Below are positions 23,761 through 36,430 of a stretch of DNA of 64,000 bases, piece after piece. Origin of the DNA: Lama glama (lineage: Eukaryota); NCBI GenBank assembly GCA_028534125.1, contig CM052818.1, positions 48,300,001-48,364,000 on the forward strand. Reading direction: 5' to 3'. The number at the start of each line of letters is the position of its first letter. Positions within the stretch are counted from its first letter, which is position 1. Position numbers and translations under genes: made by a program. Under the pieces are notes generated by a model. That model made no database searches. It saw only the letters and a list, made by a program, of their open reading frames with translations, and was not told the origin of the DNA.

Positions 23761-26071
23761 AACTTACATGCTTTTTAAACCCACAAGTGAATATAGGACT
23801 ATGAGTTCCATGAGGCAGAGTCCTCGCCTCTCTGGCCTTATTTCCGGTGCCTTAGGACATCCTGGAGAGAGAGGGACAGGGCTCTTTCTTCGGAGCCTAG
23901 CCAGCTACAACATTGGATCCCACCGGAGTGGCTGTCGTGCAGAGGCTGGCATCCTAGGATGCAGGGCCACTCAGCAATTCTTTAAAGTTTGGCCGCCGAA
24001 GTCTCCGTTCTTACACTGTGACTGCCTCATCTCTGTCGAGTAATGCTGACATCTCCTGGAAGCGAACCAGGAATGCCGTCTCAGGAGCCATGCGGACCTA
24101 GGAGCCCAGAATCTGCATTTTCATATGAGTCTCAGGCACTGAAAATGGAGGCTGATGTCTGAAGCTAAGGGATTAGATTCTTACAAAATAGCTTAGACAA
24201 AGGGGTTTAGCCCCAAAGAGGTATTCCTGAGCCCCCTGCCAACGCACGAGTAATAGCTATAAATTAAGTATTTACTGAGTGAATGGATGAGGGAAAAATA
24301 TTAAAGCACGTGAAAGAATGCCAGGGAGAACACACCACAGTCAGGCTCACCAGGCTCATGCGTGCGCAGATGGTGAGGCCCCAGGCTGGAAAGACCGGGG
24401 CCTCCTTATGCAACTGTATCAGTTCAGTTATCCGCATCCCATTTGCCACAGGAGAGATGGTTTGGAAGTGGTGCCTCTATGTCTAAAGTCCCCATCAGGA
24501 GAAAAGCAGAACTTCTTACTCTTGATGCTAGTTGACTTATTTTTTGCTTTTGCTTTCAAATTCCTGGCCAGAGACTCTGGTTTCCTGCAGATGTGCCATC
24601 CCTGCATTCAGCAGGTGCTTAATCATCACGCTCTCTCTGTCTCTCTCTCTTTCTCTCTGCTTGTGTACAGTTGAGGTCCCAAAGCAATCTGGCCTGTCAG
24701 CCGCTCAAGCTACAGCCTGCCCGTCCCTGCAGACAACCTCTGGCTACTTCACAAGAGATGGAGGCAGACGTAGGACCTTCCTGCAGCCTCTTCCTCTGCG
24801 TGGCTCCTCTGTGCGCCAGCTACCAGGTAGATTTAGCCAGTGCATGATCGCTTCGCTCCTGTAGTCTGTGGTCCCCTCCTCCAGGCCTGGCATTGCTCCA
24901 AGAAGGAAAAATGTGTCCCTAGAATAATACAGTCACAAGATGAGTGCCAGAGGGACTTAGTCACACCACAGTCCCATCAGACCTCCTCGGACAGGAAACG
25001 AGGGTGTCGTAAGGAAGGCGCACAGCATCTTGCAGAAGACAGGATTTCCAGGGCCCCGAGAGAGGAAGGAGGTCACGATGCCGGAAGGACCTGCCCCACA
25101 TCAGGGATGTCACAGCAGGACATCCCACCGTCTGCATCTTTGTTTGCAAATGCGAATGACGGGAGGTCTCCTCCCCTGTGGGTAGGGGTGAGCACAGAAG
25201 CCATTCAAAGCTTTTTTTAATGAGTAACTATCCTTTCAAGCATTTCATTTGGGGTTTATATTTGTTACTTTTAATTCTAACTGTGCTTTCCAAATGCCAG
25301 GTAAATAACATGGTTTTAACGACTCCAGGCCATGGTTAAGTGTTCACCATATGCTTTGCATCAGGCAGACTAACCAGAGCCTGAGTTCCTGCCCTGGGGG
25401 TAGCTTGGGAGACCTCACTGTTAACTTTTACTAGGTTTTCATGTTTTTAATCACAGGCAGAAACCCTGGCACAAAAGAACATTTTCAGCTTGCGGAGTAT
25501 GGACATCCTCTGACGGAAGTCTAAAAATGAGTTTTCTGCCCGTGCTTCCAGTTGCCTGAAAAACTTTTTAAAAAACCTAGTGGCTTTTAGAGTCAAGAAT
25601 CTACTGACAGGTCACCCAGAGCCTGTGAAGTTGGTGATGAGAAGAACGCACCAACGCTAACCAGGAGAAAATATTGACAAAATAACGGTTTAATGATGAG
25701 AAACAGTGTGTCACACAGATCACCACACCTTCTCTTACAGGTTGGGACGTGACGTCCGGCAGTGTAAGATGTTGTGTAGGAAAAGAAGTAATTAACCAAA
25801 ACACGGATTCACTCTCTGCTTTCTCGTCTTCTCTGCAAAAGGAAAGACATCAAAGGTGGATAAATGCACGTGGCAGGGCCGCTCTGAGCACCTGCAGAGG
25901 GAGATGGTTCACCTGACTCTGCACTGAGAGGGTCAGGGCACCCCGGCCTCCTTCTCAGAAAGAGGGATGGAAAGGCAGGCTTAGATATTTGTACAATTTT
26001 TGACTTAGGGCATCACACTGGCACTCTCATTTAAACCCTCTTTTACAGAATATGCAAAATTCATTCATACA

Positions 26072-26105
26072 GTGTGCGTGCGCACACATACACACACACA
26101 CATAC
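26072..26105. repeat. Alternating purine-pyrimidine (GT/GC/CA)n tract
   Basis: 'gtgtgcgtgcgcacacatacacacacacacatac'. Confidence 0.9.
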
Positions 26106-26529
26106 TTTCTTTATTTTAAAAAACCTACATACGTGCACAAGTAAATCACGCATCCCCTACAGTAAGACCAGAGTCACAAGTCTTATTTTTGGCTGGAAAT
26201 TTCAAAGTGAATAGTACATTTTTTTTTTTGCCTTAGGACCTGTTTGACGGCATAACTGATTGGATCCATTGCAGATTCGCAGCACGCTCTTTACGATTCT
26301 GGTATCTGGAAGAGGTATCAGGCTGACCCCATTGCCTTGTGGGTTTGTCTGTGCGGTCACCTTTTGCGGGACATGATTTGCCCTTGAGTACGGAAGCTGA
26401 ACTGTGTTGCCCTCTTCCCTGCGGTAATGGCTTTCCACTGTGTGTGGTGGTTAAACACTCCACGTCACTGCACTTGTTTTTACCCTGAAGTGTTTTAAAT
26501 GCCTCCTTGTTACGGTGTGATCACCCACC

Positions 26530-26830
26530 CATCTTTTCAACAAGTATTTGTCAAACACGCACCAGAGCTGAGGCCCACACTACGGTTTATACTAATCAAA
26601 CTTAACAATAAATAAGTTCTGTCCTTAGGAAGTTGAATAGTATCTATATAAACAGAGCACTGTGACACCGGATAAAAGGCGAAGTAGGAAAGGGGCAGTA
26701 AGTCCTGTGCACACGGAGAGAAGGAAACGCCTGCTCACAGATTAAACCACGGCGGGCTTCCTGGAGGAGACATGTTGGCTCTGCTGTTGGCAGGGCTGGA
26801 GCATGCAGAGAGGATGGGAGTTAAGTGAAA
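26530..26830 (-). mobile_element. L2 LINE 3' fragment (antisense)
   Basis: 'ttcaacaagtatttgtcaaacac...ttctgtccttaggaagttgaatagt...gggcttcctggaggagacatgttgg'. Confidence 0.65.
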
Positions 26831-26944
26831 GATGCTGTGGGACCACAGCAAGAGGAGGTGGTGATGCGTCATTTCCTCCTTAACTTCACTTCTCATTAGG
26901 GCTGGCCCTGTTTCTTGAATCAGATCCCTCACCTTTGAGAGGCT

Positions 26945-27175
26945 CTGTGGCTCAGTGGTTAAGCTCATCAAGGCTAGACACAGCCTTTGGCTTAAATCCT
27001 GTCCCTTCCCCGTCCCCTGGTGGGTGACCTTAAACAAAGTCTTTAACCTCTTTGTGTCTCAGCTTCCCAGTCTGTAAGCTGAGGATGCTAGAAATGCCAC
27101 CTACCTCATGTGGTGATTGTGAGCTCCAGGAGTTTGCATTTACGGAGCAATTAAAGCACGGCTGGTCCACCGAAT
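26945..27175 (+). mobile_element. MIR SINE, near full length
   Basis: 'cagtggttaagctc...aaatcctgtc...gtgaccttaaacaaagtctttaacctctttgtgtctcagcttcccagtctgtaagctgaggatg...cctacctcatgtggtgattgtgag' is collinear with the MIR consensus. Confidence 0.9.
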
Positions 27176-28752
27176 GCCAAAGAAAGTGTCCGTTCTTTTT
27201 GCAAGAGATTAGCAGATTTTCAAACATTCTGGTTACCAGGATTTCTACTTTTCTTTCCTTTGTTCTGAAGACAATTTTCAGCATCTGCCAGAGAACCCAA
27301 TGTTGTTCTAGAATCTGGAGACGCCTGGGGGACCTGCGGCCACAAACCCCCAGTTGCTTGTGCTCAGACAGGAGCTGCTGCTTCCTGTTCCACATTCAGG
27401 ATGGAAAATGAGCACATTGCAGGACTGTGACTCTGTGGAGGAACAAGTAGGGGAGAAGGAGTGGCTTTGAGTATAAGTAGGAATTTACCAGGCAGACAAG
27501 GTACAAAGGGACAGACCCCAGACCCAGGGAAAAAAAAAAAAAAAACACAGTGAAAGGCAGAGGGAACAGCTAACCCGCCTGCTGTACTCAGTCAGCACAA
27601 GCCGGTTAGAAGACGGTGAAGAACGCATGCAGCCCTGAGGCTGGAGGAAAGGACCAGGACGGGGTGAGGGGGCTGCCTTCTAATGGACTGTGAATGCGAC
27701 CAACAGGACAGAGCTGAGATTTGCCAACAATGCATAACTTGTGCTGAATGTTCCAGTAAATCCAGGGAATAAGATTTAGTTTAAAATATCACATAATGGA
27801 TCTGGGCTGAATTATTCAGATAATTGTCAGTAAACTTACTTTCCACACACATGGGGCTCACACGGCCCTTCTTCCTTGTCTCCTCCAAGCCACGGGGGAC
27901 TCAGCGGAAGGGCGCTTGGGGTTCATGTGCTTGAAGAGTAGATACCTGAAGTGAAATAAACAACTGGGACATTCCTACCAAAATAAGTGATCATTTAGAA
28001 AAATCAGAAGAACTTTTCAAAAATGTATTACTTTATCAATATTTTCCTTTAAAAAATTTAACATATAGGAGTCAAGAAATTTACCCACACAATTTGAGCT
28101 GGATTAGCAAGAATTTTCCTTAATTCCATTTTTCTTGAGATCTGCACAGGTTCCACCAGGAAACCAACATCTGTCTACCTAAAAATCTCCAAATAAATAT
28201 AATGACTCAGTAATTTGATGTTTCCAAATGCCCCTGACTTCCTTGTTGCTTTTCATGGGGTCAGGTGGTCCGCTAAGATCCCCTTTCTCATGGTCCTTCT
28301 TTACTTCTGGGCAGTCGTGCTGCTGTTTAAACAACAGAGAGGATCAGCTCGAATCCAGTGGTCGGTCCCCCGGAGATGCGAGGGGTTCGTAGTGTTTGAA
28401 GGAGATTTGCATACTCGGTGAAAATTAATCTTTTCAAAAAATAGTTCAGTGCACAAGCTCTGTCCGAGTAAACATCAGAAATGCTAACCCTGTCTTACAA
28501 AGGGCAGCCAGATGCAGTCTCTTAGAGGCATATTTTACTGAGTTGAAAGCTGTATTGGAGAGGAAATTCTAAGAGAAGAAACCCAGAATTGCCTTTTGTT
28601 TCTCAGTTGTATGTTTCTGCTCCTTGAAAATGTGGGGACGTATTCCTGAACAGTTACTCTAGAAATAAAACCATTCCCCCCACCCCCCAAGACCCACATA
28701 TAGGTACACCGGGAAAAAATACACTGACGATGTTTATCATCAACTTTAAAAC

Positions 28753-28919
28753 CAGGGGGTGGAAAACTTTACCTAAAGTTATATACAGCAAATAATTTCA
28801 ACTTCAGAAGACGTAAGATCTCTGTCCCAACTACACAATTTTGCCTTTGGAAGTAACCACAGGCCGTACTTAAACAGTCACGCAGGATTGAAGATTTGAC
28901 TGTTATTTTCTGACATCTG
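28753..28919 (+). mobile_element. hAT-Charlie MITE, MER58A-like
   Basis: Termini 'cagggggtggaaaacttt' and 'ttttctgacatctg'; internal 'tctctgtcccaactacacaattttgcc' matches MER58A 'tctctgtcgcaactactcaactctgcc'. Confidence 0.75.
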
Positions 28920-31170
28920 GTAAAAAATTTTCTAGATAAGGGCCTTCAGGCATAGTTCTTCCACACATTGCTTTCTATGAAATACTTTTGAGCATTGATA
29001 CATCATCTGTGTATTTTCATTTTCAGTAATAATTCACTGATAACCACATATATACCAAAAATACATTAAATAGGAGTTTAGAAGTTGACGTAAGAATAAA
29101 ATAAATAACAATCTAAATTAATTACTTAATACCACAACACTTTCCGTGAGAAATGTGATTAAATATGGTCTATTAAATTGGTTGAACACTGAGTGTTCCG
29201 ACACTTCGAGTGTGTGGATCTAAGATCAGTGTATCTCTCTGCTTTTTAACGACAAGCATAGCTGAAAAAGGCTCTTCAGAGCAACGTGCAGGGATGATCC
29301 ATTTTTGTGCTTATTAAATTATGATACTCACTGTTAAATCCCATATGCCAATTAAGTAAAAATTTGTGTTAAAATTTGTTCCATCATTTTTTTCATCTTT
29401 TATAATGTCAATCAGTTGTTCTCCTAACTAATTGGAAGGTATTGCATTTTTTATATTATTAACAGATGGGTTATAATCCCACTGAAACTTTATTTTAATT
29501 TTTTATAAAGAGGAAAATTTAGGTTTCCAAGTTTTTTTTTAAAAATGCATGAATGAGGGTTTTTTCCCTGTTGAAACAGGTGAATTACTTATATTATTTT
29601 TGGCAACGGAATCACATAATGAAATATTTCCGAGCACCTGTTTATATAATGTTCTTACCAAACAGCAGTGAATTCTTTAAAAAAAAAAAAAACAGTGACT
29701 TCTGAATTCATCATTAAAATGTCATCTGGATTTGAAGGAAGAAAGTATATTTACTTTCATGGGGAATCTGCTGGTAGATATTGGTGTCTTTTGTAACGGA
29801 GCCCGCGACGCGCTCACAACTGGAGCGAAGGTCGGCGCTCTGCCACTTTCTTGCTGTTCACGTGCGCTTGCATCATTAGCATCATCCTAAATCTGCTGTT
29901 TCTTTGCGGTAATTTTCTATAATGATCGTCCTTTTTGTGACAATGTTCAGATGAAGTTGGACAATATCACCTGTAAATCCATAAGCGAATAAAGTCAGTG
30001 AGTGTGAATTTGCTGACATTGCACAGTTGAGCTGACGCCCCGCGCAACCCCTCCCACGGCGCAGGCGTGCTCACACCGCCCTCCGGGTACCTCCCAGGTA
30101 GCGCGCGATGTGTGATCATCCGACACGTGCGGGGTGAGGACGCCAACTCCATTCATGCAGCAGTAATCTGGAAGGCATGACGTCTTCCTTATTTGAAAAT
30201 AGCAAAATTTTAATAAGCATTTCAACATCGTCCTCTAGAGCCCCAGTGCTCTAGCCTGTGGGTCTTATGCCAGCGGCACCCTGCAATGGACACGACCACT
30301 CACCTGCAGTGAAGGTGAGGCTTCCCCAAATACACACTGTGTGTCGTTCAGAAATGGGCGTGAGAACCAACCTGCCGTCAGAACTTCTCAGCCGGACACT
30401 TGAATAGAAAATGGCGGTTTTCTACCTATTCCGTCCATCTGAAACCCTCAGATCACAGGCTCCTCGGCTGTTCATTTGTTCATTCAGTTCTTTAGTTTCC
30501 CCCACACGTCTCCTTCCAAAGAATCTGAGTTTTCCATAAATTGCCAGACTTGGTCTCTTCTGCTGAAAATGGCAGAATCTTACACGAGATGCATGGGACT
30601 GACAAAGCTCCCTGGTTCAGCTGCCTCCTGCCATCTCAGGTCTCACCTTCTCCTCATGTGTTTTCTTTTCAGCAACATCCACAAACACAGGGTCCCCATT
30701 ACGTGTTTTCTCGCCTATTGATGCTCTACAAACACCCTCTCTCTTTCTGGACAACCTCTATGACCTCTAGTCTAAGTAACTCGCACACATTTTTGATACG
30801 CAGTTCAAATACCATTGCCTCCCTAGAAGGATTTTCTCATCTCCACCCTCGTACCAGGTAGCTTTTCAGTAATCCAGGATGATTGTCAGTAATGATTACA
30901 CCACACGGAAACTTGACTTTTCAATCTGCCACCCTTCACTGGACTGTGAATTTTGTTGGGGAAGGGACCCCATTGTAGGTGCAACGTGGAAAGAAGAAAG
31001 GAAGGTTAAGAGGTAGAATCAAGCTGCGGGAGGAACTTTCAAGAAAGTATCTCTTTCTGTTCAATTTTTGTGATTGAACGGCGTATGTTGCTCTGACTAG
31101 ACTGACACTAGACTTACTTCTATGATTTATAGGTATAAGACCAGCTCCCTCTCTAAGGAAAAGACACTTC

Positions 31171-31641
31171 TGTTGCTGAAAGCAAGGTCAGGTGCCCAAC
31201 ATACCATGAGGCCAGAGAAACTGGAACGTGAGAGTTTGGAGCAGAGAAAGGCTTATTGCAGGGCTGAGCAGGGAGGATGGGTGACTCGTGCCCAAGAAAA
31301 CCCCTAACTCCCCAAAGGGTTTTGGCAAAGTACACGTAAAGGCCAGGGAAGGGGGTGGGGGGGTCCACAAAGTATGTGATCAGCTCATGCTCTGATTGGT
31401 TGGTGTCGAGGTAACAGGGCGGTCAACACTAACAACCCTGAGGCGCCAGAAGGTCTCAGAGCCACGTGCTCTCAATCATCAAGTAGTTTATTTCTTCCCT
31501 TTGGTGGTGGTTTTAAGCATCTGAAAACTCAAGAAACATTCATGAGATACTATGATCTGGGTCCTTCAGAGAGGAGCTGCAGCAGAGGACATGGGGGAAG
31601 GGTCTGTCCACGGAAGACCCCACAGGGTCCTGCTCATGGCA
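31171..31641 (-). mobile_element. ERV1-type solo LTR (antisense)
   Basis: About 470 bp with TG...CA termini and a candidate TSD ACTTC (31166-31170) / GCTTC (31642-31646). Minus-strand CCAAT box (ATTGG at 31395-31399) and a degenerate poly(A) signal (AATAAG on the minus strand near 31253). Confidence 0.85.
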
Positions 31642-34329
31642 GCTTCTGATGTCCATTCTCTGGGTGTCACACCTGTCACATTTCCTCCTTCTGAGCTTCC
31701 GTCAGCCATAGGCCTTGGGGGGCCTGAGGTTTTAGAATCATCTCCCTTTTTGTTTATGAGGCCTTCCTTTGCAGGTTTGTAAATTAAAAATTATATTAAT
31801 TTTATTTTTTCCTCCCTTTTTCAGTTCCTTAGTAGGATGTATATCAGCTAATGTTCCCACCTTTCCTTGGCACAGTGGAATATGCCTTCTCCCAGCCGCA
31901 CGTGGGGATTTGCAGTATTTTGGCAGTTACAACATTCCAGGCTTCCTTGGAAACACAGACACTTTAATTAAGGAATAACTAAGGTCAGACGTCCATTACA
32001 TTTTTTTATGCCTATCTAATTCATTTGTCAGAAAGAAAAGAATTACATTAAAAAAACATAATGCATAATGTGTATTCTGCTGTGAGGATGCTTTCTGTCT
32101 TAATGGGAAGAATGGAATTCGAGGACCTCAGGACCAGAGTTGACATTAATGCCTTGTGTGGACCACCGCTTCTTGAACACAGGAGGACGCATTTACGGAA
32201 GCCCTCAAGTGGAAGAGTGTTTTGTGTTTCCACATTTCCCCCAACCCCCGCAGCCCGGGAGAAAGCGTGGAGGGTCTGCTCTGGGAGATGACTGTGGATG
32301 TTCTAGCACAGACAGCTCAGAGATGAGGGGGACACTGTTACTCCAAGCAAACGGGGCATCTCTTCTCTCTGTTGTGTGTCTGAGGCAGATGTGGGCAGGG
32401 GCTGGGTTGGAAGCAATGTTGGAGGGGGAAGGATGAGTACATAGTTGCCCCTGGGGGAGGCCACAGAGGTGGCAGAGGGAAGCGGGCTAGCAGTACGTCC
32501 TGTGTCTGCCAGAACACCTACAGGGCCTGTGTGGGGAAGAGAAGTCAAGTCACAGAGCACGTACAGAGAGTGGAGAGAGAAATTACTTGATTTTCACTAT
32601 TCACGGGTTAAGCTCCCAAGCCACGATAATTCAGTTATTAAAGATGGGAGTAAATCTGAAACTCTAGAAAATTTGGGACACACAGAGTCTAACCCTTGGA
32701 TTTCATACAGAATCACAGTCAGTCCTCTTAACAATTCTGTGTGCTTGGCAATATTATGTCAGAGTCCCGGATTCTTTTAAAAAAATAAGGTACCAAGAGG
32801 AACTGTCTTGGACATCGCGCTAGTAAATGGGAAAAGCAGGATTTAAACACGGGCCTATCAAAGGTGTGTATTAACCAGCAGAGAGTCCTCAGTTGGCAAA
32901 GCTACAAGAAATACATTGGCGTCAGAGAACAAGAGAATCTTGATAAGAGCCCGAGGTGGGGGACAGAGATGCAGTTTGTAAAAATACATTCAAAATTACA
33001 ATTACGTATCTGGAAGACAAAACAAAACAATACCTTGTTTTCCAGGACAAAAGACAGGAAGCAAATTTTGAAAGAAATATTATCTACTAATAGCATATAA
33101 ATATTTTAAATTATGTGAAATATTTCATTCGTGTTGCTTTGTAAATTATCCGTTTGTGCATTATTACTACTGAAGTATAAGCTCTTTGAGGACAAAAGTT
33201 GGGTCCCATTCGTTTTTATGACCATAGTACCCTTCTTTCTGGATTAAAACCCCAAACATAACATATACATTTATCTCACGCTACAGAATATTAAGAAATC
33301 TTCATAATACGAGGCAATCTATTGCAATAAAACTAATGTTGGATTTGCCTTTAGATGCGACCTTGAATTTTGACATTGAATCCCAGACTTTGAGGGAAAC
33401 CTCATTATATCTTAAGAACATTTTCCATCGGCTTAAAAAGGAGCCATTAACAATACATAAATCACAATTGTATTTGTAAAGACTTCTGCGTGGGCCACAA
33501 GGTTCAGAATCCCAACTTGAGCTCCAGGAAAAGAGGAACAACCCTGGCTCCACGTAAACCCCACGGAGGGGACAGTAAAGTCCTGCAGAGGCTCAGGGAC
33601 AGATGAGACTAGAAGTCCAGCGTCACCAGGATCCTCTTCGCCATCTCTCATCTCTATTTCTCTTTCCAGGTTACCCTCATTCCGTGGAGTAGCTTTAGCA
33701 CCTGGCTGGATGAGAGGTGAGTGTTCACAGACCGCAGCCCTCCCATCTCCAATCCCCTGCCCCCTTTCTTCACTTCAGAAAGGTCGTGAGAAAGGGTCTG
33801 TTTTGCTTGGCTTGGATTCAACACTGTTCTTAGATGAACCCGTCTGTATGGAGCCATATTATTGATGCAATTAAGCTCAGCTATTTTTCTCCTGCTGGGT
33901 GAGGGTGGAGAAAAAAAGAGGGAGAGAGAAGGGGGAAGAGAGAGAGAGAGGATGTGATTATGTGATGCCCTGCAGGGAGCAGGTGACAGGAGCCCTGACT
34001 CTCCTCTTCCCAGTTAATCTCAGGGTCCAGGTGCCTCTCGGAAAATGAGCATCTTTCCAAGTTGTGTTCTACCATACGACATCCTTTATTTTTAAGACCA
34101 TGATCCTTAAACACAAGCCAGCTAATTCCTTCAATGGTCATTTGAAGAAACAGCTGTCTTTTTCAATGCTGGAGACAAATCTGGCTATGTTGGATTTATT
34201 GAAAAATGCGATGTTGTTGTCCAACTTGGCATATGACCATGGCCATTTGTAATATATTTTAAGGACAATTCTAGGGAACTTCAAGGATTTTATATAATAT
34301 TTTTCCCTGTAGTTGCTCTTCAATGCTGA

Positions 34330-34575
34330 CTTCCTTTGAAATCTATAGAGACAAAAAATAGATAAGTATTTTTTTTCAGTCTGAGTTGGGCAGATGGGAG
34401 GATAAGGAGGTGATAAATCAAAAGTATAGGGTTTCTTTTCGAGGTGACGAAAATGTTTTAAAATTGACCAGTGATGGTTGCACATATCTGTGATATACTA
34501 AAAACATATTAAATTGTACAATTTAAATGGGTAACTTGTACAGTATATTAATTATATCTCAGTAAAGCTATCTCA
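34330..34575 (+). mobile_element. L1MB-like 3' end
   Basis: 'gtatagggtttcttttcgaggtgacgaaaatgttttaaaattgaccagtgatggttgcacatatctgtgatatactaaaaac...attatatctcagtaaagct'. Confidence 0.85.
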
Positions 34576-34639
34576 AAAACCATACCCTCTTAACTAAATT
34601 AGGTGCTGCTCCAGTGTAGAAAAATGGAGCCAACTGGTG

Positions 34640-35450
34640 GACCATGAGTCGATAAACCACAGCTGGAAGTTAGAATATTAAAGAATATGATGGCGTCATT
34701 ATGGAAGCTAAGGAAGAAAAGAGCTTGTAAATGACCTCTGCAAGGGAGCAGGAGTGAGGACGGATCTTGTTTCCTTGCTGATTGAAGACTTGCTGTGCCC
34801 CGACCTCATCTAAGAATAAGCGAAGGTCTCCAGGAACAGAAAGGCTCTGAGTCCAGCACCTGCCTTTCCAGGCCCCCCAACGCTCCCTCACTCTGTTTTC
34901 TCCTGTGCGTCTCTGATGCCCTAGAGAGGAAGTGAGGAGACAGCAATTAGGAAAGAAGGAGCGAGAAAAAGATTGAGCGCAGGAATGAATCCGTGCAGCC
35001 CTGTGAGCACACAAAAGTGGGTGAGGATGCAGACAAAGGAAAAAGAGGGAAACACGGCGGCCTGTGCAGTGCAAACCCTCACCTACCCTGAGTACGACCT
35101 GAAGACAGTCTGTCTGGGTGGAGAGCAGGGTGGGTGAGTGGAGAAAATGCAGGGATCCGACCAAGGCGGGGAAGATGGAAGTCGAACTGAGACTTGCAAG
35201 CATAGGTCTCGGGGGAGTTTATGGGCTAAATAAGACAAGAGAATGGTGTCATATATTTTTAAAGAGGATTCCCTTGAAGTGAGGCTTACAAAGACCTTGC
35301 TTTGGTCCAGAGAGGGGGAGCTACTTCCCACTAGGCAGGGGAAGATGCTAAAGAGAGAGAGACAATGGCCAGCAAGAAGCAGCGTGACTGGGTGGGGATG
35401 TGCAGTTGCCATCCTTACACTCGGCCTGGGAGTCATGACACATCGTGCTG
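34640..35450 (-). mobile_element. Decayed L2 internal fragments (antisense)
   Basis: Purine-rich with L2-like 'ggaagctaaggaagaaaagag', 'agagaggaagtgaggagacagcaattag', 'gagagggggagctac...gggaagatgctaaagagagagaga'. Confidence 0.45.
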
Positions 35451-35859
35451 ATGAAGGAGCACCGGAAGAGGCTGGTAGAACATCAAAGACCACAGGAAAT
35501 ATCTGGAATGTCTACATAATAAATATAATGCATAATATGCAATTTAGAGGCTTTGTAAATTCTGACGCTTGCATTTTATTCTCTGCTTTCTACCACAGAG
35601 AAAGCTTTCATTCTAAAAATGCTACTTAGAAATCAGTTATCTTGCAAAAGATAACTTGTAGGAAGCGGATGCCACGGACAAATTAGAATGGTTGGTGCAT
35701 CTGGGTGATCATGAGGAATGATGCTTTCGAGGCTAAGTCTCAGGAAGCCCAGAGAAAGGGGAAGGGAGGTGGATCCATGGCCCTGATGGCCTCGATCCAC
35801 CAGACCTCCCTTTCTCCTTTCTCTTGTGGTTCTTCCCACCTAAGAGGCAGGTCTCTTTC

Positions 35860-36229
35860 CCAGCCCCTTGGTTTTTGGTGGTTGCATGATGACCCTTGGC
35901 CAGGACAGGACAGTGGAAGTGACTGGACTAGCTCTGCATTTGGACCTCAAGGCCTTCGCCTTCCCACATGCTCAGCAAGCTCAGGTTTACCAGCTGGAGA
36001 TGAGGGACCTGTGGGATAGAGTTTCCTAGCTTAGGCTAGCCTAGATTAACCAGCACTCAGCTGACCTCCAGACACGTGGTTGAGCCTAGCCAAGAGCAGA
36101 GGAACTGCCCAGCAGAGCCCAGCCTACATCTCTGATCCACAGACTCCTGAGCTGAACAAATGTGTGTTGTGTTAACCCACTAGGTTTTGTGCTTGTTGTA
36201 AAACGGTCTTGCAGCAAAGTTAACTAACA
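35860..36229 (+). mobile_element. MaLR LTR (MLT1I/J-like)
   Basis: 'agctgacctccagacacgtggttgagcctagccaagagcagaggaactgcccagcagagcccagcctacat...aaatgtgtgttgtgttaacccactaggttttg...gcagcaaagttaactaaca' is the MLT1 3' half. Confidence 0.85.
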
Positions 36230-36279
36230 TAGGACCTGATGTTTGCAATATCTGAGATTGTGTCTGGGGCTGTGCTCGG

Positions 36280-36430
36280 CATTTACACCATCATTAACTT
36301 AAAATATCAATATTATTATCCCCATTATATAACTGAGTAAAATTATAGAAGGTAAAAAAATTTCCTAGATCACTTAGCTGATTAAAATAAGATCTCAATA
36401 CTAGGTAGATCTGACTACAAATCCATGACT
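36280..36430 (-). mobile_element. MIR fragment (antisense)
   Basis: 'tattattatccccattatataactgagtaaa...cctagatcacttagctg...tctgactacaaatccatg'. Confidence 0.65.

Noticed and set aside
34000..34235. Possible CR1 reverse-transcriptase remnant
   Set aside because: The similarity is too faint to support by eye; it would need a Dfam HMM search.
34225..34262. Minus-strand peptide KIYYKWPWSY resembling the coronavirus spike pre-transmembrane KWPW motif
   Set aside because: No hydrophobic transmembrane segment or Cys-rich tail follows, and the upstream part of the ORF is antisense L1 3'UTR. A short chance match.
34670..35203. Longest ORF (177 aa, minus strand)
   Set aside because: It lies in purine-rich decayed L2-like sequence, has S/L/P/C-biased composition, and shows no domain or supporting splice structure.
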